From NCBI GenBank assembly GCA_965220085.1, contig CBDCOZ010000003.1:32001-96000 (forward strand): a DNA stretch of 64,000 nt, given 5' to 3'. This document shows, piece by piece, positions 28,983 through 39,101 of the stretch (positions are counted from its first letter, which is position 1; each line of letters begins with the position of its first letter). Both the position numbers and the translations under genes were made by a program. Below the pieces are notes generated by a model that ran no database searches, was not told the DNA's origin, and saw only the letters and a program-made list of their open reading frames with translations. Origin of the DNA: Candidatus Oxydemutatoraceae bacterium (GTDB lineage Bacteria; Pseudomonadota; Gammaproteobacteria; Poriferisulfidales; Oxydemutatoraceae).

Positions 28983-29138
28983 GTCGCACTGTATCATAAA
29001 TTCCGTCATTTGCAAGTTCAACTGTTGCTCTCCTCTCATGGATTCCGTCGCACTATATCACAGGTCATTTGCAAGCGCAATGAAGCCGCCGCCAGCCAGT
29101 ACAAAGTCGCACTATACCACAATGCAAGCCTTTTGCAA
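28983..29138 (-). promoter_or_regulatory. three tandem promoter-like motifs TTGC(A/G)-N-TA(T/C)AGTGCGAC
   Basis: GTCGCACT(A/G)TA at 28983, 29047 and 29106, each with a TTGCAA/TTGCGC -35 box at 16-17 nt. Confidence 0.55.
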
Positions 29139-29277
29139 GCGCCTGTATGTTGCCATGACAATCCGCCCCATCGGACTTAATTCTGATTCCATCGCAACCA
29201 GTGTGCCTTTGCTTTAATCGCATGATTTACAGAGGTTTTCTTGTTTCATTCAAACGAACCAAACGCCTCGGCGCCGC

Positions 29278-30675
29278 TTATAAGAAGTAGTCTTGGCGGG
29301 CGGGGCTTGCCACAAGTTGCTCCAACTTCCCGGGGTTGCGTATCAATTCTTCTATCGCCCAGTTGGCGTGGTTGTACAGGCAGGTGACTTCGCTGCATTC
29401 GGCGCTCGCATCAAACTTGTCGATCAGGCGCAGGGTGTTTTGCAACGTATCACGCCGTTGTTGCGCCGTCGCGTAGGCATGTTTTTCGCCGACCATCGCT
29501 TGCGGGACGTGCCGGTAGACGGGGCAGTTAAAGACGCCGAGCGGGCTTAGCACTTGACGGAAAAATTGCATGTGGCAGTTGTGCGGCTGGCGGGTGTAGT
29601 CGCGGAAACTGCGGTTTTCCAGCACACGCAGGTTGGTGCTTTCCACCACTTTGAAGGTGTCGTCTTCCAGCGTCTTGGCGCGATCCACTTCGCGGCGAAT
29701 CAGCGCGATGGTCTTGTCAAGGCGCGTCTCTTCTTCGTTGGCCAAGTCCACCACTTCGGCGTTGTTCGCTTCGGCGCGAACCAGAAACGGCTTGTAGGAA
29801 ATGTAGTCAAAGCGATATTGCTTGGCGCGCTCGGCGGCGGCATAGATTTCCGCGGTGTTGTCTGTGATCTGTTCGTCGTTTGCGGTGCAGTTGTCCCACA
29901 CGATGATGAAGCTAAAGCCGATGCCAAACGCGGGGTTGCGTTGTTTGATCGGGGGAATGTGCTCGCAGATCCAGTCCAGCGTGCATTTTTTGTTGCCCGG
30001 GCGATGCATCTTGGCGAATGTGTCGTTGTCGGCGGAATCCAACGACAGGCGCACCCAGTCTTCGGGTCCCAGCACATCGCACACATCTTCCACGCGTTTC
30101 ATCAGGCTGCCGTTGGTGACCACGCCCACGCTCACATCGCGCGACTTCAGGCGGCGCACGACTTCGCCAAACGCGGGGTAGGCGGTCGGCTCGCCGCCGC
30201 CGATAATGATGACAGACTTCAAGCCTTTTTCGATCATGCCGGTCAGGGCGTCCATCAGTTGGTCGTGCTCGTGGCGGATGCCGGTGTTCAGTATGTCCAT
30301 GTCCACGCAATGACCGCAACGGTAGTTGCACGCGGTCGTCAAGTCTAGGTTGATTGAAAGCGGGGCGTATTCGGGCGGGCTTTTCAGTGCGTCGTCCAGA
30401 GACATACCGTTCGCATGGCCTTCGCGCCAGGCGATTTGCCAGGCGACATACTCCTTTAAGCGCTCGATCACATCGGGCTGCGCCAGTTTATCCATGAAGT
30501 TGTGCATCGGCGAGAGCTCGGTCGCCCGCCCGCCGTTGCCCGCGGTCTGCGCTGTTGCATCGGGCAGGGTGTGCACCGATACCGAACTGTGCTTCGCTTT
30601 GCGCAAGTCTATCAACGGCGAGATTTTGACGGCGCGACCAGCGTCGGTTGTGTTGGCGGAATGACTCATGCGCAC
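29278..30675 (-). CDS. radical SAM protein with C-terminal Cys-containing (SPASM/twitch-like) region
   Basis: CNYRCGHC, GGGEP, VTNG; C-terminal CHMQ...NCPVY...C..VTC. Confidence 0.9.
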   Translation of the reverse strand: MRMSHSANTTDAGRAVKISPLIDLRKAKHSSVSVHTLPDATAQTAGNGGRATELSPMHNFMDKLAQPDVIERLKEYVAWQIAWREGHANGMSLDDALKSPPEYAPLSINLDLTTACNYRCGHCVDMDILNTGIRHEHDQLMDALTGMIEKGLKSVIIIGGGEPTAYPAFGEVVRRLKSRDVSVGVVTNGSLMKRVEDVCDVLGPEDWVRLSLDSADNDTFAKMHRPGNKKCTLDWICEHIPPIKQRNPAFGIGFSFIIVWDNCTANDEQITDNTAEIYAAAERAKQYRFDYISYKPFLVRAEANNAEVVDLANEEETRLDKTIALIRREVDRAKTLEDDTFKVVESTNLRVLENRSFRDYTRQPHNCHMQFFRQVLSPLGVFNCPVYRHVPQAMVGEKHAYATAQQRRDTLQNTLRLIDKFDASAECSEVTCLYNHANWAIEELIRNPGKLEQLVASPARQDYFL

Positions 30676-30938
30676 ATTCTATGGCAAAGAAGCGGCGGGA
30701 CATCGGGCTGCGCCAGTTTATCCATGAAGTTGTGCATCGGCGAGAGCTCGGTCGCCCGCCCGCCGTTGCCCGCGGTCTGCGCTGTTGCATCGGGCAGGGT
30801 GTGCACCGATACCGAACTGTGCTTCGCTTTGCGCAAGTCTATTAACGGCGAGATTTTGACGGCGCGGCCGTTGCCGGTTGTGTTGGCGGAATGACTCATG
30901 CGCACATTCTATGGCAAAGAAGCGGCGGGACATCGGGC
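30470..30938. repeat. 230-bp tandem duplication of the radical SAM 5' end
   Basis: 30470-30699 versus 30700-30929, with ACATCGGGC at 30470, 30700 and 30930; generates the truncated ORF 30666-30905. Confidence 0.92.
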
Positions 30939-30959
30939 GGGCATTCATGGATACGGTGT

Positions 30960-31925
30960 TCAATGCGGAACTCGGGGTTGTTGTGCGGCCTGTGCGAGTA
31001 GCTCGCTGAGTTGTTGCATACAAATGCGGATGCTGTCATCGGGATGTGCTTCGGTTTCAATTTGACGAATAAAATCTTCCGCTATCATGCGCAACGGGTC
31101 ACGCATCGGTATGCGCGCGCCGTTTGCGTCCTCCAATGATAGCAAGTAGCCGGGCATTTGTATATGGCGTCTGGCGATGGCACCGTTAATCGCATACTCC
31201 GCGGGCTTGGGCTGGCCGCGCCGATGTTCCAGCGTGAGTCGCGCCCGGGCTTGTCCTCTCGCATGCCGCAGTGTGCATTGAAGCCGCAGTTCGCGCTCGC
31301 TCATGTCTATCGTCGGCGCTGTGATCGCGCCCGCCCCGCAGAGCGCGTATAACATGCTGAGGAAGTGCGGGGCGGCATCGAGCAGCATGTCAACGCCGGT
31401 GCTCTCGGGGCACAAGCGCATATCAAATGTGTCGATGGCATCGGCGCTCAGGTTCAGCTGCGGGTGCAGTCGCATAAATGTCGGCAATGTCTGCGGCCAT
31501 TGCGTATTGACGGCAAGGCAGCGGCGGGCGGCGGCAAAGCGGCGCATCAGGTCGGCGCATGTTTTGGCATCGTCCGCCGGCGTTGCCGGCGCCGCGGCGG
31601 GGGCGAACAGCGGTTTTTCGCACAACACATGGCAGCGGTGTTCCAACCCCATGCGGATGTATTCCAAGTGACTGTCGGCGGGGCTTGCGATGACCAGCGC
31701 ATCAGGCGTTGCTTCGGCCAACATGGCGCGCGCGCAGGTGTAGGCGCTGCCGTCTTGCAACCGAACCCCGTCACGGCGCAATGCATCCGTCGCTTCGCGC
31801 AAGCTGGCATCGGCGGTCGCGGTGATGGCGCACACTCGATGCCCGAGTTTTGCGAAGGCGGCGGCGAAGTAGCGCCCCGTGCCTTGCCTTGCGCGGCGCG
31901 CCCCGATGACAGCGACATTCACCAT
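30960..31925 (-). CDS. Gfo/Idh/MocA family oxidoreductase
   Basis: N-terminal Rossmann fold, IASPADSH, HVLCEKP. Confidence 0.85.
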   Translation of the reverse strand: MVNVAVIGARRARQGTGRYFAAAFAKLGHRVCAITATADASLREATDALRRDGVRLQDGSAYTCARAMLAEATPDALVIASPADSHLEYIRMGLEHRCHVLCEKPLFAPAAAPATPADDAKTCADLMRRFAAARRCLAVNTQWPQTLPTFMRLHPQLNLSADAIDTFDMRLCPESTGVDMLLDAAPHFLSMLYALCGAGAITAPTIDMSERELRLQCTLRHARGQARARLTLEHRRGQPKPAEYAINGAIARRHIQMPGYLLSLEDANGARIPMRDPLRMIAEDFIRQIETEAHPDDSIRICMQQLSELLAQAAQQPRVPH

Positions 31926-32163
31926 CGCTGTGCGAGAAGCCCGCCTGTTGCCATTGCCTTTGTTGTTGATTCTGTCATCGTTGTTGCCGCCAGACGCTAT
32001 CCGTTGCGCCCGTTGCGATTGCCAAACCGCCTTCGCTGTGAGTTGAAAGTATCACTGTATACGAACCCCCGCCGCTGCGCAAATCGCGGGAGCACTCTCC
32101 GCCGCGGGAGAATGGGGTTAGTGCAAGGAAACTATCCAAAGAGAAAATTGCCTTCCGCGAGCC

Positions 32164-32192
32164 TTGACAGAACGAAACGAAAATGCTAGATT
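32164..32192 (+). promoter_or_regulatory. putative sigma70 promoter of the 32351-38818 operon
   Basis: TTGACA-N17-TAGATT with TG extension. Confidence 0.55.
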
Positions 32193-32350
32193 CCATACCT
32201 TGATTATTAACTAATGTTAATAGTCGCCTTGATCGTTTAGCCTCTATGGTTGAATTCTTCAGGTGCGTGTGGGTTCTTTTTGAACTCCCTCGGAAGTGAA
32301 TTTTTGTTCAGCGCACCCCTGAGATTGAGGCGATTTAATATGGAGACGAT

Positions 32351-34504
32351 ATGCAAAACTGCAATCTTTTTACTATCCGCACATCTGCAAGAAATGTACA
32401 GAGTCGGCCGATTCACATCCTGACCTGCGGTCACCTGTCCCCGGAGAGTCCGGATTCGCTTTGTTTGGAACTTCAAACCGCGCAGGAACAAACCCGCGTG
32501 GAATTGCCCACAAACTATCTGCGCTGGGTTGCCATAGACTCCGGACTGGAACCTTCCCTGCGGAAACGAGTTGCCGAAAGGTTCCGACAATGGGGCTTGG
32601 ACTTTCGCTGCGTTGATGCAGATGGCAGTCAAAACAACACAGGTTCTATCGAGGGTATGTACCGGGCCCGCGAGAAAGTACTGCACTACGCTCGCGAGGA
32701 AATCGGACCGGAGTGGATTCTGTGTTGGCTGGACGCCGACCTTCTTTTTTCCTCTTTAGCGGGCACAGAGAGCGGCGCCTCTGTGCGACCAAACTTCTGG
32801 CTACACAGCGTGTGGCACTATCACCTGAAGAACCCGGATGTCGACTTGGCAACGGGAGATGTATTGGGCGATTCCCCCGTGCCCGCCGCCTCCTGCTTGA
32901 AGGCCAACCTGCAGGATTTACTCGCCCATGAAGAGGGAAAAGTCTGCGCGGGTCCGGAACGCTGGCAGTACAAGGACCCGGCCTACGACCTAAGCGAGAC
33001 TGCTCCTCTACCCGACCTGCCCTTTCCCTTGCACACGGAAGGTCACTGGAAGTGGAATCCTGCCAAGCTCGCACAGACCTTGCTCTGGCGCGGCACCTTG
33101 GCCAGACCTTTGGTGTACAACCGTGCCATTGCGGAGCAACCACATCGCCCCAAGTGGGTACGAGGCGGGGTGACCGTTATCTTCAACCAGAAGGTCATGC
33201 ACCAAGACTACATGGACATGACCTTTGACGGCGGACACAGGCTACGCAGAGGCGACAGCTTCTGGATGCTCAAGGTAGGACACGACCACAAGGCGGGGCA
33301 TTTCCCTCACCCGCTACTACACCTGCGCGAGAATTTTGAGGGCGATGATGAGGCGCTGATTGCCCGGTTCGTTGAGCGCGGGGTAGCCGACTATCTGGGT
33401 GCCGCCACCCTCAAGGCAACCGCCAGATACCTTGAGCAAGGAGGGAATTTCCGCACCTTGCTACAACAAGGCCTGTGCGAGCGACGCAAACGCATCGTCC
33501 AATCCATGTGCGAATGCGGGAAGATGGCTACCGGCCTGACCCACCATCAGGGCATGGCAACCGTAATCCAAGCCATCAATTGCTTTCAGGAGGCGCTACA
33601 GGCTATTTGCGCAAGCCCGTTCGCCACCCAGTTCCGCCAACGCGCTAACTACTATCTGACCGTAAGGAGAACGACTATGACTAAATCGAAAACACACATC
33701 CAAGCCTGCCGTAAACTGGCGGGCGCTTGGGTACGCAACAAACCTGTCCACGACAACCCTAAAGGGCTAACTGCCGTTTGGCAGGACATCAAAACCAGAA
33801 TGGGAGACATGGGATTCACTGTCGTAATAATTGACAACCCCAAGGCATCCCACCGCCCGCTACTAATCTGCCGTCGCGATGCAGGCTCGGGTCGCAGAAC
33901 CGTCGGCTTCATGGGTCACTACGATGTCGAGCCCGTCAAACCATGCGAATGGGACTCAAACCCTTGGGAAATTGACCACAGGGACAATCGCTGGTATGGC
34001 AGAGGACTGGGCGATAACCTACTACCCTTGGCGCAACGGTTGCTGGTCTTGCAGGACAGTTTCCTCGACCTGGATGTGCTCTACATCCTGCAAGGCGAAG
34101 AAGAGATGGGGGGCGAGTTTGCCCGCCAAATCTGCCCGAGCCTGCATTTTGAAGAGGTCGATCTGTGGATTGATGAGACCGGCTATTTCTACAAGGACGG
34201 TGTGCAACGTATCCTCAGCAAGAACAGTACACCCTTGCTGGAACGGATAATCGAAAGGGCGCTTCTACCCGCTCTGGCAGAGTGCGGCAGGACATGGAAG
34301 CGGCGCGAACGCTTGCTGAACAAAGCTTTTGCCGGCAAGGAGTGCCCCCTCCAGAGCAACTTGATTGGCGAGACGGCCTATCTGGGCATCGGGCCCAACG
34401 ACGACCTGTGCGCCATCCACGCCCCCAACGAATCCATGGACCCCGGCCTACTGCCCTTGTGCGAACAGCAATTACGTGCCGTCAGCGAGGAGCTGTCAAG
34501 ATGA
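32351..34504 (+). CDS. glycosyltransferase-like domain fused to an M20 metallopeptidase/amidohydrolase
   Basis: WLDAD (DxD) in the N-terminal half; GHYDV, GRGLGD, GEEE, HAPNE in the C-terminal half; internal AAGGAG plus ATG at 33677. Confidence 0.7.
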   Translation: MQNCNLFTIRTSARNVQSRPIHILTCGHLSPESPDSLCLELQTAQEQTRVELPTNYLRWVAIDSGLEPSLRKRVAERFRQWGLDFRCVDADGSQNNTGSIEGMYRAREKVLHYAREEIGPEWILCWLDADLLFSSLAGTESGASVRPNFWLHSVWHYHLKNPDVDLATGDVLGDSPVPAASCLKANLQDLLAHEEGKVCAGPERWQYKDPAYDLSETAPLPDLPFPLHTEGHWKWNPAKLAQTLLWRGTLARPLVYNRAIAEQPHRPKWVRGGVTVIFNQKVMHQDYMDMTFDGGHRLRRGDSFWMLKVGHDHKAGHFPHPLLHLRENFEGDDEALIARFVERGVADYLGAATLKATARYLEQGGNFRTLLQQGLCERRKRIVQSMCECGKMATGLTHHQGMATVIQAINCFQEALQAICASPFATQFRQRANYYLTVRRTTMTKSKTHIQACRKLAGAWVRNKPVHDNPKGLTAVWQDIKTRMGDMGFTVVIIDNPKASHRPLLICRRDAGSGRRTVGFMGHYDVEPVKPCEWDSNPWEIDHRDNRWYGRGLGDNLLPLAQRLLVLQDSFLDLDVLYILQGEEEMGGEFARQICPSLHFEEVDLWIDETGYFYKDGVQRILSKNSTPLLERIIERALLPALAECGRTWKRRERLLNKAFAGKECPLQSNLIGETAYLGIGPNDDLCAIHAPNESMDPGLLPLCEQQLRAVSEELSR

Positions 34505-35385
34505 AAATCCAAACACGGGAATTAGCAGACCGGACTGCGGTGTTTGAGGAGTATGCCGCCAGAGTAAATCTGTGCCGCCCGAAGTCTCACGGGCTGTCCG
34601 AATTGCAGCATGTGACCGCCACTCTCATGGTCAGTTGCTGCTACAACAATATACCCATGCTCATCAGGAACCGAGGACGCGCACCTACTTGGGGGGAACT
34701 CGCCGACGACATGCTGTCGGGAATCGGCGGCCCTTGCACCGTGGCCAACATCTTCCTGCGGGAATTCCTGTGCCACCTGGGGTTCAACTGTGAACTCTTA
34801 TCCTGCTACAAAGTCAAGGGCGAACAGAAAGAGCTCATGCACATCGGCCTGCTGGTGCGGGTTGAGCGGGATAATTACTTTTTGGATTTCGGCAACGGCT
34901 ATCCCTACTTCAGCCCCGCTTCCTTTGACGCACCGAATATCCAAAGCCACGGGGGGCTACACTATCGCCTGCAACACAGGGACGGTATGTGGTACGCCAT
35001 GCAACACAAATCTGCCAGAGGATCAAACTTTGGAAAGACTGACAGATTTATAGATGATTTTCTCATTAAACTGGAGCCGAAGCCACTCCGGTACTTTAGC
35101 GACATGATGCATCGGCACTACACGGATTTCGCGTTCTCGCATTTCCTGCGTTCGCTACGCCTGATTAACTTCCCCAACGGAGGAGTCTTTGCACTGCGCG
35201 TCAACCTGAAGGCCGGCAAGCCGCATTGTGTCACTGTCTGTAGCGAAGGCGACAAGCTTCGTATGAAGCCCATCGTACTCAAAGAATTTTCAGAGGTAGT
35301 CAAGCAACATTTCCCGCAACACGCCGAGGGTGTCATCCAAGCTCTTGACCGCCTCATCACCATCGGAGGTAACCATTATGACTGA
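34501..35385 (+). CDS. arylamine N-acetyltransferase-like protein
   Basis: Cys-His-Asp triad GGPC...HIGLLV...LDFGNG; ATGA overlap with the upstream gene. Confidence 0.8.
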   Translation: MKIQTRELADRTAVFEEYAARVNLCRPKSHGLSELQHVTATLMVSCCYNNIPMLIRNRGRAPTWGELADDMLSGIGGPCTVANIFLREFLCHLGFNCELLSCYKVKGEQKELMHIGLLVRVERDNYFLDFGNGYPYFSPASFDAPNIQSHGGLHYRLQHRDGMWYAMQHKSARGSNFGKTDRFIDDFLIKLEPKPLRYFSDMMHRHYTDFAFSHFLRSLRLINFPNGGVFALRVNLKAGKPHCVTVCSEGDKLRMKPIVLKEFSEVVKQHFPQHAEGVIQALDRLITIGGNHYD

Positions 35386-36580
35386 ACAAATCAACACCGC
35401 CAGCTTTTCCGGCATGACCGGGGAAGCCATGGACTTCTACGAGGAGCACGGCTTCGCGGTTCTGAACAACTGCCTGCCCGACACCGACATCCGGGGGTTG
35501 CAAAGCGGCTTCGCGCGGCTTGTAGCGAACTACTCTGCCGAGATGGAAATGTCGCCGGAGGAATACCTTGCCAGGATTAACCAGTGGCGCGATCTTTGGG
35601 AACAGAGCGAACAATTCCGGGACGTGCTCTGCAACAAAGCTATACATGGCTTGGCGCGGCGCTTCATGCGCCAGAGTCAGGTTCGACTTCTGCACGACCA
35701 TATCATCAGCAAGCCCTACCGAGGTCGTGAGGCCGTTGGCAAAGGCACTAACCAGACTTTGCCCTGGCATCAGGATTACCCCTTCTGGCCGGTCAACACC
35801 CCGCAATCGCTGTCGCTGTGGATACCCTTTGATGATGTTTCGGCAACCGGCGGGTGCATGGAGATTGTGGAGGGATCACACAAGTGGGGCGCCGCTGCGC
35901 CGGTGGACTTTATCATGGATGACCCGGAAAAATTCCGCGACCGGAACGACCTCAACTTCATCAGAATCCCCGCAACAAAAGGCCAAGTGGTAGTCTTGCA
36001 CAGCCTCACTTGGCACCGCTCGCACCCCAACCAAGATGCCGACACCGAGCGCCGCGTCTATATCATCCTGTGGATTCCCGCCTGTGCCGAATACACGCCC
36101 GACACCACCGAATGGCACCCTCTGAACGAGCGCATTCAAGTGAAGACCGGCGAGCAATTGAACGCCGACAAGTTTCCGGTCTTCGGCGAGTGTACGACCG
36201 GACTTGAGCAAAAGACCGAATATGCCGCCGCCGGCAATCAACCCAAACTATCACAGGCTATGGACATGTTCCACGCCAGTGCCCATATTGCCGCTCAGAT
36301 TAACGAACTGATGAGGTGGGACAACAGCGGCGGCTTGGCAACACTTCTGGCAACACCGCAACGACGCATTGCCATCGCCGAAAGATGCGTTGAGCTTGAT
36401 TTAGTTGAAGACAGCAAACTGGACGACTTAATCGAACTGCTGGAACGGCTAGAGGTTTCGAGCTTGGCTTACGCCAAACACAAAGCGCGCAATGTCTTCA
36501 ACGATGCCTACACCGACTGGTGGCGGCTGATTGGCGCACAGCTTCGTAAGGATGCGGTGGAGTTAGAAAATGCATCCTAA
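35378..36580 (+). CDS. PhyH-family Fe(II)/2-oxoglutarate dioxygenase
   Basis: PWHQD, WIPFDD...GCM...GSH, HSLTWHRS, RR. Confidence 0.88.
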   Translation: MTEQINTASFSGMTGEAMDFYEEHGFAVLNNCLPDTDIRGLQSGFARLVANYSAEMEMSPEEYLARINQWRDLWEQSEQFRDVLCNKAIHGLARRFMRQSQVRLLHDHIISKPYRGREAVGKGTNQTLPWHQDYPFWPVNTPQSLSLWIPFDDVSATGGCMEIVEGSHKWGAAAPVDFIMDDPEKFRDRNDLNFIRIPATKGQVVVLHSLTWHRSHPNQDADTERRVYIILWIPACAEYTPDTTEWHPLNERIQVKTGEQLNADKFPVFGECTTGLEQKTEYAAAGNQPKLSQAMDMFHASAHIAAQINELMRWDNSGGLATLLATPQRRIAIAERCVELDLVEDSKLDDLIELLERLEVSSLAYAKHKARNVFNDAYTDWWRLIGAQLRKDAVELENAS

Positions 36581-37895
36581 TGTGATAGCTATCGTCGGTT
36601 CGGCAGGAAAAATTCCCGCATCCCTACGTCGCATAGCCGAAGAATTGGCCGCCGAGCTGAGCGCACGTGGTTTTGACCTCGTTGCCGGCGGTATGGACGG
36701 CATCATGCGTGCTGTGGCCAAGGGTTGCGCAAACTCAACCGGAGGACGCCTGCTGGCTATACACCCCGGCTGGGGCAATCCTTGGCAATCCAATCCCTGG
36801 CGGCAGACCACCCTGAGGACGCAGTTGGGCACCATGCGCAACCATCTGGTGGTACAAGCGGCGGATTTGGTAGTAGCGCTTGGCGGCGGCAGCGGCACCC
36901 TAAGCGAAATCGCCATCGCCTGGCAACTGAAAAAGCCCATCGCCGCCCTGACCGGTTGCGGGGGCTGGAGCGAAAAGCTTGCGGGACAGCAACTGGACAA
37001 AAGACGCTCACAGCCGATTCACAGTTGCGACAGCGTGGGGGAAATCGTCGCTTGGGCGGAGAGTATGCGGCCTCAGGGGGTGGTGGCGGGCAGGCTTAAC
37101 CGCGACATCTATCCCTTGCGCGTAGCAACCCTGCACAGAGTTCAGTCCCCGACCGACACCGACGCGCCGGTCCACGCCGTGCATCGCCAATTCGGCATGA
37201 GCCTGCCTCTGGACACCTGCGCCGAACAACTTGTGCTCTTTGACCGGGAAGTTGCGGCATGGAATGAGGAGAAGCTGGCTAATGCTCTGGGACTGGTGAC
37301 TTTTGACGACGGCTGGAAGGATGTGCTCAATTTGCAGACCGCCTTCTCTGCCTGCCCCAACCTTCTACCCGTAGTCTTTGTCGGCGGCAACCATTTCGGC
37401 GAGCAAGTGCGGCCCTTGCCGCTACAGCGACTCTACCACCACTGGGGCAACAACTCCCGTAGCAACGGAATCAATGAGCGGTGCCACACCCTGCGCAAGA
37501 AACTCAAATGCTTGCCACAGGTCGAGCAACACCGCACCCTTGACGACGAAGGCATCGATGCCATGCAGAACCCTTCCTGGCTACTGCAACCGGACGACTT
37601 GCAGGCACTGCGACAGAAGGGTTGGCTTGTGGCAGGCCACGCCCATGCCCACGAGGACTTGCGGTGTGCCACTCCCGCAGCCCTGCAAAGTGGGCTGGCC
37701 GAACACCTTGAACAACTGGAGGATCAGGGTTTCACACCGTGGCTGGCTTGGCCCGAGGGCAAGTGGTCGTACGACACTTCGGAGATTGCCGCCAATGTCG
37801 GCATGACCCTGCAATTCGGTCTCGCCGAGGAAAAGATGTGGCGGGACGGACAACCCCTGCCAGATACTATGGTGATACGGGAGCTTTGGCAATGA
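36570..37895 (+). CDS. LOG-family nucleotide-binding domain fused to a polysaccharide-deacetylase-like domain
   Basis: GGMDGIM, RN, GGGSGTLSE; then TFDDG, GHAHAH, AWPEG. Confidence 0.8.
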   Translation: MHPNVIAIVGSAGKIPASLRRIAEELAAELSARGFDLVAGGMDGIMRAVAKGCANSTGGRLLAIHPGWGNPWQSNPWRQTTLRTQLGTMRNHLVVQAADLVVALGGGSGTLSEIAIAWQLKKPIAALTGCGGWSEKLAGQQLDKRRSQPIHSCDSVGEIVAWAESMRPQGVVAGRLNRDIYPLRVATLHRVQSPTDTDAPVHAVHRQFGMSLPLDTCAEQLVLFDREVAAWNEEKLANALGLVTFDDGWKDVLNLQTAFSACPNLLPVVFVGGNHFGEQVRPLPLQRLYHHWGNNSRSNGINERCHTLRKKLKCLPQVEQHRTLDDEGIDAMQNPSWLLQPDDLQALRQKGWLVAGHAHAHEDLRCATPAALQSGLAEHLEQLEDQGFTPWLAWPEGKWSYDTSEIAANVGMTLQFGLAEEKMWRDGQPLPDTMVIRELWQ

Positions 37896-38818
37896 TGGGG
37901 AAAGTTCTCGTGACAGGGAGCGAGGGGTTTCTGGGCAAGTACTGCTACGAAGACCTGCGCGACAGGGGGAGCGATGTAGCAGGGTTTGACCTATCTTCGG
38001 GTGGCGATATTCTGGACAAGGAGGCTTTGGCAAAGGCTATGCGGGGTAGGGATGTGTGCGTACATTTAGCCGCCATGGCCGACCTCTACGAATGTGCGGA
38101 AGCCAGAGACAGGTCGGAGAGGGTTAATGTGCTGGGTACCGAACGGGTCGCCAGTGCTTGTTGTGAAACGGGAGTTAAGATGTTGTTCGTCTCCACAGCT
38201 TGCGTTTATGGCAACAACGGCTTTGAAGTCCAGTATGAAACAAACCCCGTCGCACCCACCGAGCACTACTCTAAAACTAAGTGGCAGGGCGAAGGGGTTT
38301 TGGAAGCACTGGCCCGGAGCCGCGGTCTGGAGTACCTGATTCTGCGCCCCGCCACTTTCTACGGTCCGGGAATGCGCGAAGCACTGGCGATTTACAAGCT
38401 CCTCATCGCCCATCTGGAGGGAAAACCCGTGACCATTGAGGGAAGCGGCGAGCAAACCCGTTCCTACACCCATGTCCGCGATGTGGCCAGTGCCATCGGC
38501 CTGCTCCTGCAGAAGTGGCCCGAAGATCCTTGCAGGATCTACAACTGTGCCGGAGATGAAACCCACAGTGTCCGTGAACTGCTGGCGTTATGTAGGAACA
38601 TATCAGGTCATAGTGTGGCGCAACGAGATGTACGAGATAGGGAAGGGCAGATTTACAGAAGCCATATCAACTCCACGCGCCTGTGCACACTAGGCTGGAA
38701 ACCAAAGATTTCACTGCGACAGGGTCTGCTGGACCTTTACCGCCAGCTTTGCAATCAGGAACCATCCTTCCCGGAATGGACCGGCACAGCACAACTGGCA
38801 GATATTTCCCAAACATAA
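37892..38818 (+). CDS. NAD-dependent epimerase/dehydratase
   Basis: VTGSEGFLG, HLAA, YSKTK, YGPG, RSYTHVRD. Confidence 0.92.
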   Translation: MMGKVLVTGSEGFLGKYCYEDLRDRGSDVAGFDLSSGGDILDKEALAKAMRGRDVCVHLAAMADLYECAEARDRSERVNVLGTERVASACCETGVKMLFVSTACVYGNNGFEVQYETNPVAPTEHYSKTKWQGEGVLEALARSRGLEYLILRPATFYGPGMREALAIYKLLIAHLEGKPVTIEGSGEQTRSYTHVRDVASAIGLLLQKWPEDPCRIYNCAGDETHSVRELLALCRNISGHSVAQRDVRDREGQIYRSHINSTRLCTLGWKPKISLRQGLLDLYRQLCNQEPSFPEWTGTAQLADISQT

Positions 38819-38853
38819 CCATCTTCAAGAAAGCCGGTGCACACATTATAGAC

Positions 38854-38944
38854 TCTCCCCTTGTGGGAGAGTGTAATTAGCACCGTGCAACATTCTCCCC
38901 TTGTGGGAGAGTGTAATTAGCACCGTGCAACATTCTCCCCTTGT
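38854..38944. repeat. 40-bp tandem repeat (2.3 copies) containing a REP-like hairpin
   Basis: TCTCCCCTTGTGGGAGA core; related hairpins at ~39602, ~39665 and ~63951. Confidence 0.8.
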
Positions 38945-39101
38945 CTTAGACGCGGGGGCAAGCAAGTGCGACTCTGCCGCGCGGGAGGGTCGGTAGCGCA
39001 GCGATCCGGAGAGGGGGTCGCGCTTTGTGCCTTCGCCAAGTGATGTCCGGCAATATCATGGTCATTGTCCGGTCGTCCCATAGTCGCATGATGCCGAAAC
39101 C

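Noticed and set aside
38854-38944. Hairpin-containing repeats as a CRISPR array
   Set aside because: The intervening sequences are identical (pure 40-bp tandem repeat) and there are no cas genes; REP-like.
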